Assembly: GCA_965603765.1 (NCBI GenBank)
Contig: CBFDEG010000001.1
Location: 1 to 58,554, forward strand
Length of the DNA: 58,554 nt
Reading direction: 5' to 3'
Source: an uncultured bacterium
Lineage (GTDB): Bacteria > Nitrospirota > Thermodesulfovibrionia > UBA6902
The notes below the pieces were generated by a model. It was not told the origin of the DNA. It did not search any database and was given only the letters and a program-made list of their open reading frames with translations. The position numbers and the translations under genes were made by a program. Positions 28,003-35,165 of the stretch are shown here, piece by piece (within the stretch, counting starts at the first letter, position 1; each line of letters begins with the position of its first letter).

Positions 28003-29694
28003 ATGCCTTCCCACGATAATACCCTTGAAGAGATAAAGGACAGGATAGATATTGTTGACCTGATATCCGACTATGTCCTTCTGAAAAAAGCGGGACAGAA
28101 CTGGAAGGGCCTCTGTCCGTTCCATACTGAAAAATCCCCATCGTTCATGGTCAACCCGGCAAAGCAGATATTCCATTGCTTCGGGTGCGGCAGCGGAGGG
28201 GACATCTTCACATTTCTTGTAAAACATGAGAGCCTTACCTTCCCCGAGGCAAAGAGCATCCTTGCGAAAAGAGCAGGGGTCACGATCAAAGAATTCCAGC
28301 AATCCGGTTATCAAACAGGGGAGAAGGAACAGCTTCTGAACATACATAAAGAAGCTGTTATGTTTTTTGCTCATAACCTTGCAAATAATCCTGCGGCAAA
28401 GGCTTACCTTGAACGCCGGGGTATCGGCATAGAGACACAGAAGGCCTTTTCCCTCGGGTATGCCCCCAAGTCCTGGCATGATCTGCTTCATCATCTCGGG
28501 CGCAAAGGTTATAAAAATGATATTGTGCAGAAGGCGGGACTTGCTGTAAAGGGTACAAAGGGGCATTACGATACATTCAGGGACAGGGTAATATTCCCTA
28601 TATATAATCTTTCGGGTGAGGCAGTTGCATTCGGGGGACGGTCCATTGACGGGTCAGAGCCGAAGTACCTTAATTCTCCTGAGACAATTATATTTAACAA
28701 GAGCAGGATCCTTTACGGGATCGACCTTGCCAGGGATGCAATTAAAAAAGAGGGCCGGGCGCTTTTCATGGAGGGATACCTTGATGTGATAACCGCTCAT
28801 ATTCATGGTTTTTCAAATGCGGTGGCGCCGCTCGGCACAGCCCTTACTCCGGAGCATGGCAAGCTCATTAAAAGGTTTACGGAAAATGTTGTGATAGTTT
28901 TTGACAGTGACCCTGCAGGTATAAAGGCGTCAAAGAAGGCCGCGGGAATACTTCTTGAGAGCAGCCTTGATGTAAAGATCCTTGATATCCCCGGGAATGA
29001 AGACCCGGACAGTTTCCTGAGGATAAAAGGCAGAGAGGCATTTTCTGCATTGCTCGAAAAACCGTTCTCAATAATAGAATTTTATATGAAGCAGAAGGGT
29101 GACCGTCGTCTTATAGCGCATGAGCTTCTTGATGTGATATCGAGGGTCTCTGACAAGATACTTGTCGGTGATTATATACGAGTGCTTGCAGAAAAACTGA
29201 ATGTCAAAGAGGAGCTTGTCTATGAACAGCTCAAAAAGGTCAAGAATAGACCTGCGGGCGGACAGAGGAAGACGGCTGTCAATTCCCGGCCGGTGCCCCG
29301 TAAAAAACCGGAATATGAAGTATATCTAATAAAACTGCTGCTTCAGCTTGATGAGAGGACCGAAGAGATATGCGGACTCCTTTCATCGAAGGATTTCAGG
29401 GACCCGGTCACACGGGAGATATTCACTAAAATAAATAACGGCTACAGAGACCTGAACACTCTTATCACAGACTCTGACGGGGAGGCAAGGGACTTTCTCG
29501 CAAAGATATCTGTTGAAGATGAATTTGAAAATCCTGAAAAGGCGCTGGATGACTGTATAAAACGCCTTAAGGAAACCAGGCGAAAGGCAATGGAGCAGGA
29601 AATACAGTGCAGGATAAGAGATGCGGAATCCAGGGGGGATCTCGGGCAATTGAAAGAGTTACAGGCTGAGCATCAGAAGCTCTGGAAACAATGA
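28003..29694 (+). CDS. dnaG: DNA primase
   Basis: Zinc finger CPFHTEKSPSFMV...FHCFGCG. TOPRIM EGYLDV...VFDSDPAG. Start set at ATG 28003. Confidence 0.93.
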   Translation: MPSHDNTLEEIKDRIDIVDLISDYVLLKKAGQNWKGLCPFHTEKSPSFMVNPAKQIFHCFGCGSGGDIFTFLVKHESLTFPEAKSILAKRAGVTIKEFQQSGYQTGEKEQLLNIHKEAVMFFAHNLANNPAAKAYLERRGIGIETQKAFSLGYAPKSWHDLLHHLGRKGYKNDIVQKAGLAVKGTKGHYDTFRDRVIFPIYNLSGEAVAFGGRSIDGSEPKYLNSPETIIFNKSRILYGIDLARDAIKKEGRALFMEGYLDVITAHIHGFSNAVAPLGTALTPEHGKLIKRFTENVVIVFDSDPAGIKASKKAAGILLESSLDVKILDIPGNEDPDSFLRIKGREAFSALLEKPFSIIEFYMKQKGDRRLIAHELLDVISRVSDKILVGDYIRVLAEKLNVKEELVYEQLKKVKNRPAGGQRKTAVNSRPVPRKKPEYEVYLIKLLLQLDERTEEICGLLSSKDFRDPVTREIFTKINNGYRDLNTLITDSDGEARDFLAKISVEDEFENPEKALDDCIKRLKETRRKAMEQEIQCRIRDAESRGDLGQLKELQAEHQKLWKQ

Positions 29695-29752
29695 ACATTG
29701 CCGGACAATTCTTTAATTTACAAAATCTCGAAAATACCGATAAAATATATAT

Positions 29753-29959
29753 ATGAAAGAGTCACTGGCAGAGAAACAGTTTGCGATCGAGACCGGCAAG
29801 CTTCATATATCATGTCCCCACAAAGAGAGGACTGGCATAAATATCCATGTGGTCATAAAGGACGGCTACTGTTACCGTTCTGAAGAGTGCATGGTGATCT
29901 GGTGCAAGTTCAACCGCCTTCAGACAGACCTTGACTCATTTCTCTCCCTCATATGGTAG
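29753..29959 (+). CDS. Possible small Cys/His-containing protein (unverified)
   Basis: 68-aa ORF whose stop lies in a weak stem (TCCCT/AGGGA) followed by T9 (29963-29971). No Shine-Dalgarno and no recognised family. Confidence 0.3.
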   Translation: MKESLAEKQFAIETGKLHISCPHKERTGINIHVVIKDGYCYRSEECMVIWCKFNRLQTDLDSFLSLIW

Positions 29960-30210
29960 GGAAATTTTTTTTTATCATTCAGTGTATACCTGTCACCTGA
30001 TCAGGGAGTTTTATTCCCATAGAGAAAATAATTCCTGCCCTTGTGTCATGTTATTGACGCAGTCAATATTCCCCGACAAGCTAAAAACATTTAAAATCAA
30101 TATGTTGAGTTCTGGCATTTGATTTGCATTGTAAACATTATGTTTTTTAAAAGAGTAGAAAAGATTGATGAGTCAATCAATTGGCATCTGCTGCTAAAAA
30201 TGAGGGGAGT

Positions 30211-31248
30211 ATGAAACATATGGACATTCAGACATTAATGAAACCAATTGACATTTTACTTGTTGAGGACAGACTGGCAGACACGCGGTTGTTCAGGGAA
30301 ACCCTTGTTGATACCGATGCGTATCATTTTGAGTTGACATGCGCTGAAAACATCGGGGAAGCGAGCGAACACCTTTCCGGGAAAGAGTTTGATGTTGTTC
30401 TGCTTGATATATCAATGTCCGATCATACAGGGTTCGAGACCTTTGTGAACCTCAGGATGCTTGCTCTCAGGGTACCGATAATACTCCTGTCGAGCGTGCA
30501 TGATGAAGATCTTGCAATAAAGGCCCTCCAGAACGGCGCGCAGGATTACCTTATAAAAGGGCAGTTCAGCAGCTCTGTGCTTGGCCGTTCCATACGGTAT
30601 GCAATTGAGCGTCACAGAATAATGTCCGATCTGGAGCGTGCCAGAAAAAGGGAATATCGTCTTGCGTACTTTGATTATCTCACAAATCTGCCGAATCGAC
30701 AGCTTTTTTATGACCGTATGAACCAGTTTATTACGCATGCCCAGAGGTATAAACAGAAGATAGCGCTTATGTTCATTGACCTTGACGGTTTCAAGAATGT
30801 TAATGATACTATGGGGCATGGAACAGGGGATCTTATGCTCAAGGCAGTTGCCGGACGTTTGAAGGATTGCCTGCGCAAGTCAGACACTGTTGCGCGCATG
30901 GGCGGCGATGAGTTCACCTGCATCCTTCCAAAGATAAAGGGCAGAGACGATATCAGTATTGTGGCAAAGAAGATAAACAACGCACTTGCCAGGCCGTTTG
31001 AACTGAAGGGCCATAACATATATATATCCTGCAGTATTGGTATAAGCGTATTTCCGGATAATTCCAGTGAGATGCACGGGCTGATAAAAGAAGCGGACAT
31101 CGCCATGTACCACGCAAAACGGCAGGGAAAGAACAATTTCCGTTTTTATTCAAAAAGCATGACATTTATCAGCCATGAGCATATGGTCCCTCACAATAAC
31201 ATGTTGAGGACCATAGACCACAGGAAGGTAATGTTCGATTTCAGATAG
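30211..31248 (+). CDS. Response-regulator receiver + GGDEF diguanylate cyclase
   Basis: REC motifs: LLVEDRLAD, LLDISMSD, LLSS, K in YLIKG. GGDEF motifs: RMGGDEF with an RKSD I-site 5 residues upstream. GAGGGGAG Shine-Dalgarno before ATG 30211. Confidence 0.9.
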   Translation: MKHMDIQTLMKPIDILLVEDRLADTRLFRETLVDTDAYHFELTCAENIGEASEHLSGKEFDVVLLDISMSDHTGFETFVNLRMLALRVPIILLSSVHDEDLAIKALQNGAQDYLIKGQFSSSVLGRSIRYAIERHRIMSDLERARKREYRLAYFDYLTNLPNRQLFYDRMNQFITHAQRYKQKIALMFIDLDGFKNVNDTMGHGTGDLMLKAVAGRLKDCLRKSDTVARMGGDEFTCILPKIKGRDDISIVAKKINNALARPFELKGHNIYISCSIGISVFPDNSSEMHGLIKEADIAMYHAKRQGKNNFRFYSKSMTFISHEHMVPHNNMLRTIDHRKVMFDFR

Positions 31249-31290
31249 AAGTATAGGAATACTCCCCCTTTTGCATTTACTTTAATGCGT

Positions 31291-31324
31291 GCAGTGGCAG
31301 TTATTGCCACTGCATTTTTTTTTA
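31291..31324 (+). terminator. Rho-independent terminator of the REC-GGDEF gene
   Basis: GCAGTGGCA-GTTAT-TGCCACTGC followed by a run of about 10 T. Confidence 0.85.
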
Positions 31325-31407
31325 AAGTTGAATTCTTTGATATCCGATAAATCAATATGTCTAAGTTCAATCCTGTATGTGCATTTAGAGTTGAAGGTCT
31401 GTGGTCT

Positions 31408-31896
31408 ATGACCAGAACAAAAATGATTGTTGTTTTATTCTTTCTTATTGTATTAATGTCCGGAACAGCAGGGGCTGAAATATATAAGTGGGTTGATGAT
31501 AAAGGACAGGTGCATTTCTCTGACCGTTCACCTCATGATGAAAAGGTTAAAGGGGATGTCAGCGTGCTCTCCATGCCCCGTTCGAGGCCGCAGTCGATAA
31601 TTGATTATGGTGGATCAGGCAACAATACTGAACCGGAGGAAAGGATTGAACCAAAGACGCCTGAAGTAGAGCTTTATACAACTAGCTGGTGCGGTTACTG
31701 TAAGAAGGCCCGCAACTTTTTAAAGGCCAGGAATATTCCTTTTATGGAGTATGACATCGAAAAGGATGAGGCCGCAGCCAGGAGGAAGATGAAGCTTGAC
31801 GGAAGAAGAGGAGTCCCCTTTGCTGTTATAAACGGGCAGAAGGTGCATGGATTTTCGAAGGCTACCTATAAAAGAATGCTCGGGATAAAACATTGA
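31408..31896 (+). CDS. Exported DUF4124 + glutaredoxin-fold protein
   Basis: Signal-like MTRTKMIVVLFFLIVLMSGTAGA. IYKWVDDKGQVHFSD (DUF4124-like). ELYTTSWCGYCKKARNFL (CxxC glutaredoxin). An alternative start is at 31357. Confidence 0.75.
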   Translation: MTRTKMIVVLFFLIVLMSGTAGAEIYKWVDDKGQVHFSDRSPHDEKVKGDVSVLSMPRSRPQSIIDYGGSGNNTEPEERIEPKTPEVELYTTSWCGYCKKARNFLKARNIPFMEYDIEKDEAAARRKMKLDGRRGVPFAVINGQKVHGFSKATYKRMLGIKH

Positions 31897-31916
31897 AGCA
31901 GGGACTGGTATGAAAA

Positions 31917-32258
31917 TTATTCAAGAACAAGGATTTTCAGGTTTTGTATCAGAAGCCTTTTATTCCTGTTGCTTATCTCTCCGAGATGTTCTTTAAACCT
32001 TCTGTTGTCAATTGACCTTATCTGGTCAACTATAATGTCAGAGTTCTTTTTCAGTCCGGCCTCGTTCTTCTTCAGGTGGACACGAAGTATATTGGCTTTT
32101 GATCGGACATTTGTTGTTATCGGGCAGATGATGGTACTCGGATGGTCATCATTGAGCATGTTGGTCTGAATAACCACCACTGGCCTTGTCTTGCCGGGCT
32201 CAGTGCCGAAACGTGGATTAAGATCAGCTGTATAGATATTGAATTTACGGACAGTCAC
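31917..32258 (-). CDS. mazF: Type II toxin, PemK/MazF family endoribonuclease
   Basis: IYTADLNPRFGTEPGKTRPVVVIQ...ICPITT. The GTG start overlaps the upstream stop (GTGA at 32255-32258). Confidence 0.9.
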   Translation of the reverse strand: MTVRKFNIYTADLNPRFGTEPGKTRPVVVIQTNMLNDDHPSTIICPITTNVRSKANILRVHLKKNEAGLKKNSDIIVDQIRSIDNRRFKEHLGEISNRNKRLLIQNLKILVLE

Positions 32259-32494
32259 TCAGGTATTTCATCCTCAATAAGTTCAAGTTCATGCAGAATC
32301 TCCATTGAAACATCTGACACTATGCCTGACTCTTTTTTCAGCTGTTCTTTCAGGAGGCTTCTTTTCATTCATTTATTGTAAAAGCCCAGTGCATCGTTAA
32401 TGTAGGCATTCCTTGGTTTTTTTATCTCTTCCAGGATATCCTCTGTTTCGCTGAATATATCGTCTTTTAATTTAAGAGAAAGTGTCTTTGACAT
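32255..32494 (-). pseudogene. MazE-like ribbon-helix-helix antitoxin frame interrupted by an in-frame TGA (or two mini-ORFs of 41 and 37 aa)
   Basis: My own translation. ATG 32494 (GGAGGC Shine-Dalgarno at 32501-32506) gives MSKTLSLKLKDDIFSETEDILEEIKKPRNAYINDALGFYNK. Next comes TGA (32369-32371). It is immediately followed in frame by ATG (32366-32368) and KRSLLKEQLKKESGIVSDVSMEILHELELIEDEIPE, ending in the GTGA overlap with mazF. Both pieces fall below the ORF-track length cut-off. Confidence 0.6.
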
Positions 32495-32558
32495 GTCAGG
32501 GCCTCCGCTTCATGGTGATACCTATAGTATATACCGCATGTCGGGTGATTGCAATAGA

Positions 32559-32652
32559 GCTGTCCATATGGTTATGGCATGTCCCCTTGTTCCAGTATAG
32601 TCTAATTAATGCTGACAATATTGTCTAACTGTAATAAATTACAGGGTTAATT
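32559..32652. repeat. Copy A of a ~94-nt repeat upstream of the mazEF-like operon
   Basis: GCTGTCCATATGGTTATGGCATGTCCCCTTGTTCCAGTATAGTCTAATTAATGCTG...TAACTGTAATAAATTACAGGGTTAATT. Aligns with 33964-34057 in the same orientation, differing mainly in an ~11-nt internal patch. Confidence 0.85.
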
Positions 32653-32742
32653 CGCTTAGGTTCTGTTTTATATTAAGCATGCCGTGGGGATATGGTGATA
32701 TTCTTTTGCAATATCTGAAATGAGTTGATGTATTCTATTGTA

Positions 32743-32769
32743 TTCACATGTAGTTTATTGTGATATAAT
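32743..32769 (+). promoter_or_regulatory. Candidate extended -10 promoter of the relBE-like operon
   Basis: TGATATAAT (TGnTATAAT, 32761-32769) lies 27 nt upstream of ATG 32796. The -35-like TTCACA (32743-32748) is weak, with a short spacer. Confidence 0.4.
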
Positions 32770-32795
32770 ATGTATTGCAAAGGGAGGTGACTGAA

Positions 32796-33038
32796 ATGTC
32801 CAAAACCATCACATTAAGAATAAAAGACGAGGTATATGAACTGTTCCGCACACTTGCAGAAAATGATAACCGTACGCTTTCTAATTTTATAGAGACAGCT
32901 GCCCTGCGCCATATTGAAGAAAATGAGTTTGCTGATGAATATGAAATGGCCGAGATAAGGGACAATAGGGAACTGAACAGAAGCCTGAAACAGGCACTCA
33001 AAGATGCAAAGGCAGGACGGGGACAGTTTGTTGAGTGA
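32796..33038 (+). CDS. Ribbon-helix-helix antitoxin (CopG/RelB/ParD-like)
   Basis: MSKTITLRIKDEVYELFRTLAENDNRTLSNFIETAALRHI. AGGGAGGTGA Shine-Dalgarno at 32781-32790. Confidence 0.8.
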   Translation: MSKTITLRIKDEVYELFRTLAENDNRTLSNFIETAALRHIEENEFADEYEMAEIRDNRELNRSLKQALKDAKAGRGQFVE

Positions 33039-33312
33039 TTATAGAATATTTGAAACTGAAGAATTTACGAAAAAACTCGTCAAGATTGATGCACGGGATT
33101 CACAATTCATAAAAGAGAAACTCCGTAAATACGTATATCCCCAGATTCGAAAAGAACCGCGTTTCGGTAAAAATATAAAAAAGCTCAGAGGGTATGAGCC
33201 TGATACCTGGCGTTACCGAATCGGGAAGTTCAGGGTGTTCTATACAATAGAGAATGATAAGGCGGTTATTCTTATGCTGACGCTGGATCACAGGAAAGAT
33301 GCTTATGGATAG
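33031..33312 (+). CDS. Type II toxin, RelE/ParE superfamily
   Basis: YRIFETEEFTKKL...WRYRIGKFRVFYTIENDKAVILMLTLDHRKDAY. A TTG start (33028 or 33031) overlaps the antitoxin stop. Confidence 0.82.
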   Translation: MSDYRIFETEEFTKKLVKIDARDSQFIKEKLRKYVYPQIRKEPRFGKNIKKLRGYEPDTWRYRIGKFRVFYTIENDKAVILMLTLDHRKDAYG

Positions 33313-33349
33313 GCAAGGAAAAAGTAGAATTTGGTGTTTTATTAACGAC

Positions 33350-33643
33350 TTATGATCTTTTTTTCCAGTAACCGGGCCTGCGGCGTAGATGTGCCACTGC
33401 GGTGACAATAATTTGTTCCGGTTCGATATAGTATAGAATAGCAAACGGAAACCTGCGGACAAGACGTCTTCTTAACTTTCCTTCAATTACAGGCCATGTT
33501 TTTGGAGATAGTGCGACTGAGTTTACAGCTCCTTCTACTTCTGAGAGATAGTCATAACCCAAACCGGTAGCCTGAGTTTCATAATACTTGGCGGCTTCAT
33601 ACATTTCCTCTTCTGCAGCAGGAAAAAATTTAACATGCTTCAT
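33350..33643 (-). CDS. Type II toxin, ParE/RelE superfamily
   Basis: MKHVKFFPAAEEEMYEAAKYYE...RRFPFAILYYIEPEQIIVTAVAHLRRRPGYW. 4-nt ATGA overlap with the upstream antitoxin. Confidence 0.8.
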   Translation of the reverse strand: MKHVKFFPAAEEEMYEAAKYYETQATGLGYDYLSEVEGAVNSVALSPKTWPVIEGKLRRRLVRRFPFAILYYIEPEQIIVTAVAHLRRRPGYWKKRS

Positions 33644-33870
33644 TTAAGCCTGGAACGGGTATCTTTAAATACCTGCTCTGACGGCTTTGTTTTTACCTTT
33701 CCATCTTTGTACTCCTGATACCGGGCTTCTGCTTCCGCAACCCATAATCTTTCTGCATCAGGGTCTTCCTCATTATCAAGGCTTTTCAGTAAATTTTCTG
33801 CTAGTTGTGCCCTTTCAGTAGAGGACAGCTGCATGGCTTCTTTCTTTATTTCTTCAATTTTAAGCGGCAT
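33640..33870 (-). CDS. Addiction-module antitoxin (putative addiction module component family)
   Basis: EAMQLSSTERAQLAENLLKSLD...DAERLWVAEAEARYQEYKDG. GGAGG Shine-Dalgarno at 33876-33880 (minus strand). Confidence 0.8.
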   Translation of the reverse strand: MPLKIEEIKKEAMQLSSTERAQLAENLLKSLDNEEDPDAERLWVAEAEARYQEYKDGKVKTKPSEQVFKDTRSRLK

Positions 33871-33963
33871 GAAATCCTCCTATAATCTATACAATATCTT
33901 AACCGGCACAAAGGTCTTATGCAAGTTGTTTATAGATTTTTGTGATAGCCTCCGTTAATGGAC

Positions 33964-34057
33964 GGTGTCTATCCGTTTATGGCATGTTCCCTTGTTCCTG
34001 TATAGTCTAATTAATACTGTCTGTAGTGTGTAACTGTAATAAATTACAGGGTTAATT
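33964..34057. repeat. Copy B of the ~94-nt repeat, upstream of the parDE-like operon
   Basis: GGTGTCTATCCGTTTATGGCATGTTCCCTTGTTCCTGTATAGTCTAATTAATACTG...TAACTGTAATAAATTACAGGGTTAATT. Confidence 0.85.
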
Positions 34058-34200
34058 TATGATTTTTATAGATAATGACGTCATGACTGACAGGCGGAGC
34101 TCAGTAAAGATACTCAATGCAATATAGACCTTAAATTCTGATTAATTAAAAAAGGTCTCAGAGGTAGCCTGTTAAAGTCCATATACTGGTTATGTTTTTA

Positions 34201-34749
34201 TTAACACTTTCCTTTATGCTTTCCCTCAACAATCACTTTGTAGCATGATAAATTGCGAATAGCATCTGTTTTTATGCAGTTGTTAACATTGAATCCGTCA
34301 TCTATAGCTTTTCTTAGCCATTGGCACGCTTCATCATTTTTGCCTTTAATAGCATAAAGCTCAGCCATACTCGTAATTGCATATTGATTCTTTTCATTTA
34401 TATCTAGCGCCTTTTTTATATCCTCTCCAGCATTATCAAGTTGACCAATTAATAAATATGTATATCCACGGTTGTTATAAGCCATATCATACATAGGATT
34501 TATCTCTATAGCCTTACTGAAATCATCTAACGCTTTGTGATATTCTTCTTTTTGAGAATAAGCACATCCACGGTAGAAGTATGCGACGTCGTATTCCGGA
34601 TTCAATTCAATGGCCTTGTCGTAATGATCTATAGCCTCATCATATGAACTCTCATTTAAAAAAGAGCCTCCTCTTAAGTAGTAGAATTCATACTCTGGTG
34701 CACAAGCAATAACGGTTAACAAAATAATTAAGCAAATAACTTTTTTCAT
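34201..34749 (-). CDS. TPR-repeat lipoprotein
   Basis: Lipobox LTVIAC. Repeated A..YY.RG.AY....Y..A..D..KAIE..P units. Confidence 0.8.
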   Translation of the reverse strand: MKKVICLIILLTVIACAPEYEFYYLRGGSFLNESSYDEAIDHYDKAIELNPEYDVAYFYRGCAYSQKEEYHKALDDFSKAIEINPMYDMAYNNRGYTYLLIGQLDNAGEDIKKALDINEKNQYAITSMAELYAIKGKNDEACQWLRKAIDDGFNVNNCIKTDAIRNLSCYKVIVEGKHKGKC

Positions 34750-34966
34750 TGTTTCATTATCCTGGAGATATACGCTTTATTTAATTTTCTATACATAACA
34801 ATGATTACCTTTAGGCGCAATATCTGTTTGTTGGATATTTTGTAATAAAATTTATTAATCCGGGGACGTGGCATGAAATAAATGTTGTTATCTGAATAGA
34901 AAGAATTTTTACCCTCGAAAAGCCATGTCCTTGAAAAGTATATCCTGTCTTATGCGTGGTGGTCAA

Positions 34967-35073
34967 GGGAAAAGGGAAAAGGGAAAAGACGGGTGATGGG
35001 TAATGGGTGAGGTCCTTCGCTTTGCTCAGGATGACAAGCTGGTTTGTAGGGGCGAATGGCCGTTCGCCCCTAC
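34967..35073. repeat. Composite repeat patch: (GGGAAAA)x3, a TCCTTCGCT..CTCAGGATG motif and a GTAGGGG...CCCCTAC palindrome
   Basis: GGGAAAA tandem at 34967-34987. GGTCCTTCGCTTTGCTCAGGATGACAAG at 35011-35038. GTAGGGGCGAATGGCCGTTCGCCCCTAC at 35046-35073. Confidence 0.8.
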
Positions 35074-35092
35074 GTATCATTGCAATGCAAAT

Positions 35093-35120
35093 AAAAAAGG
35101 GCGGGTTTGAAACCCGCCCC
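35093..35120 (-). terminator. Rho-independent terminator closing the NuoEFG-like operon
   Basis: On the minus strand GGGGCGGGTTTCAAACCCGCCC is followed by TTTTTT, about 45 nt after the stop at 35166. Confidence 0.85.
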
Positions 35121-35165
35121 TACGTTACTTTCACGCTTACTAACTTACCCGCTGTCCCGCTAACC

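Noticed and set aside
29698-30122. The other two short ORFs after dnaG (61 aa and 63 aa)
   Set aside because: They overlap one another, have no Shine-Dalgarno and no motif, and are AT-rich. Only the 68-aa ORF ending at a terminator-like structure is retained, at low confidence.
32369-32371. TGA in the mazE-like frame as selenocysteine or an alternative-code sense codon
   Set aside because: Other well-supported genes in the window terminate with TGA. I could see no SECIS-like stem directly downstream, and an antitoxin has no reason to carry Sec.
32559-34057. Integron attC sites / gene-cassette array flanking the TA genes
   Set aside because: RYYYAAC-like (GTCTAAC) and GTT-containing words are present around the CTGTAAT..ATTACAG mini-palindrome. 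However, the R''/R' boxes are only about 17 nt apart and do not pair with each other. GTTAATT does not fit GTTRRRY, copy B degrades the boxes further, and no intI gene is present. This is kept only as a low-probability alternative in the repeat finding.
34811-35080. 89-aa ORF on the minus strand between the TPR gene and the NuoG-like gene
   Set aside because: It is encoded entirely by the (GGGAAAA)x3 tract, the TCCTTCGCT..CTCAGGATG motif and the GTAGGGG palindrome. It has no Shine-Dalgarno. The peptide (…ERPFAPTN…ILSKAKDL…) is what these repeats translate to.
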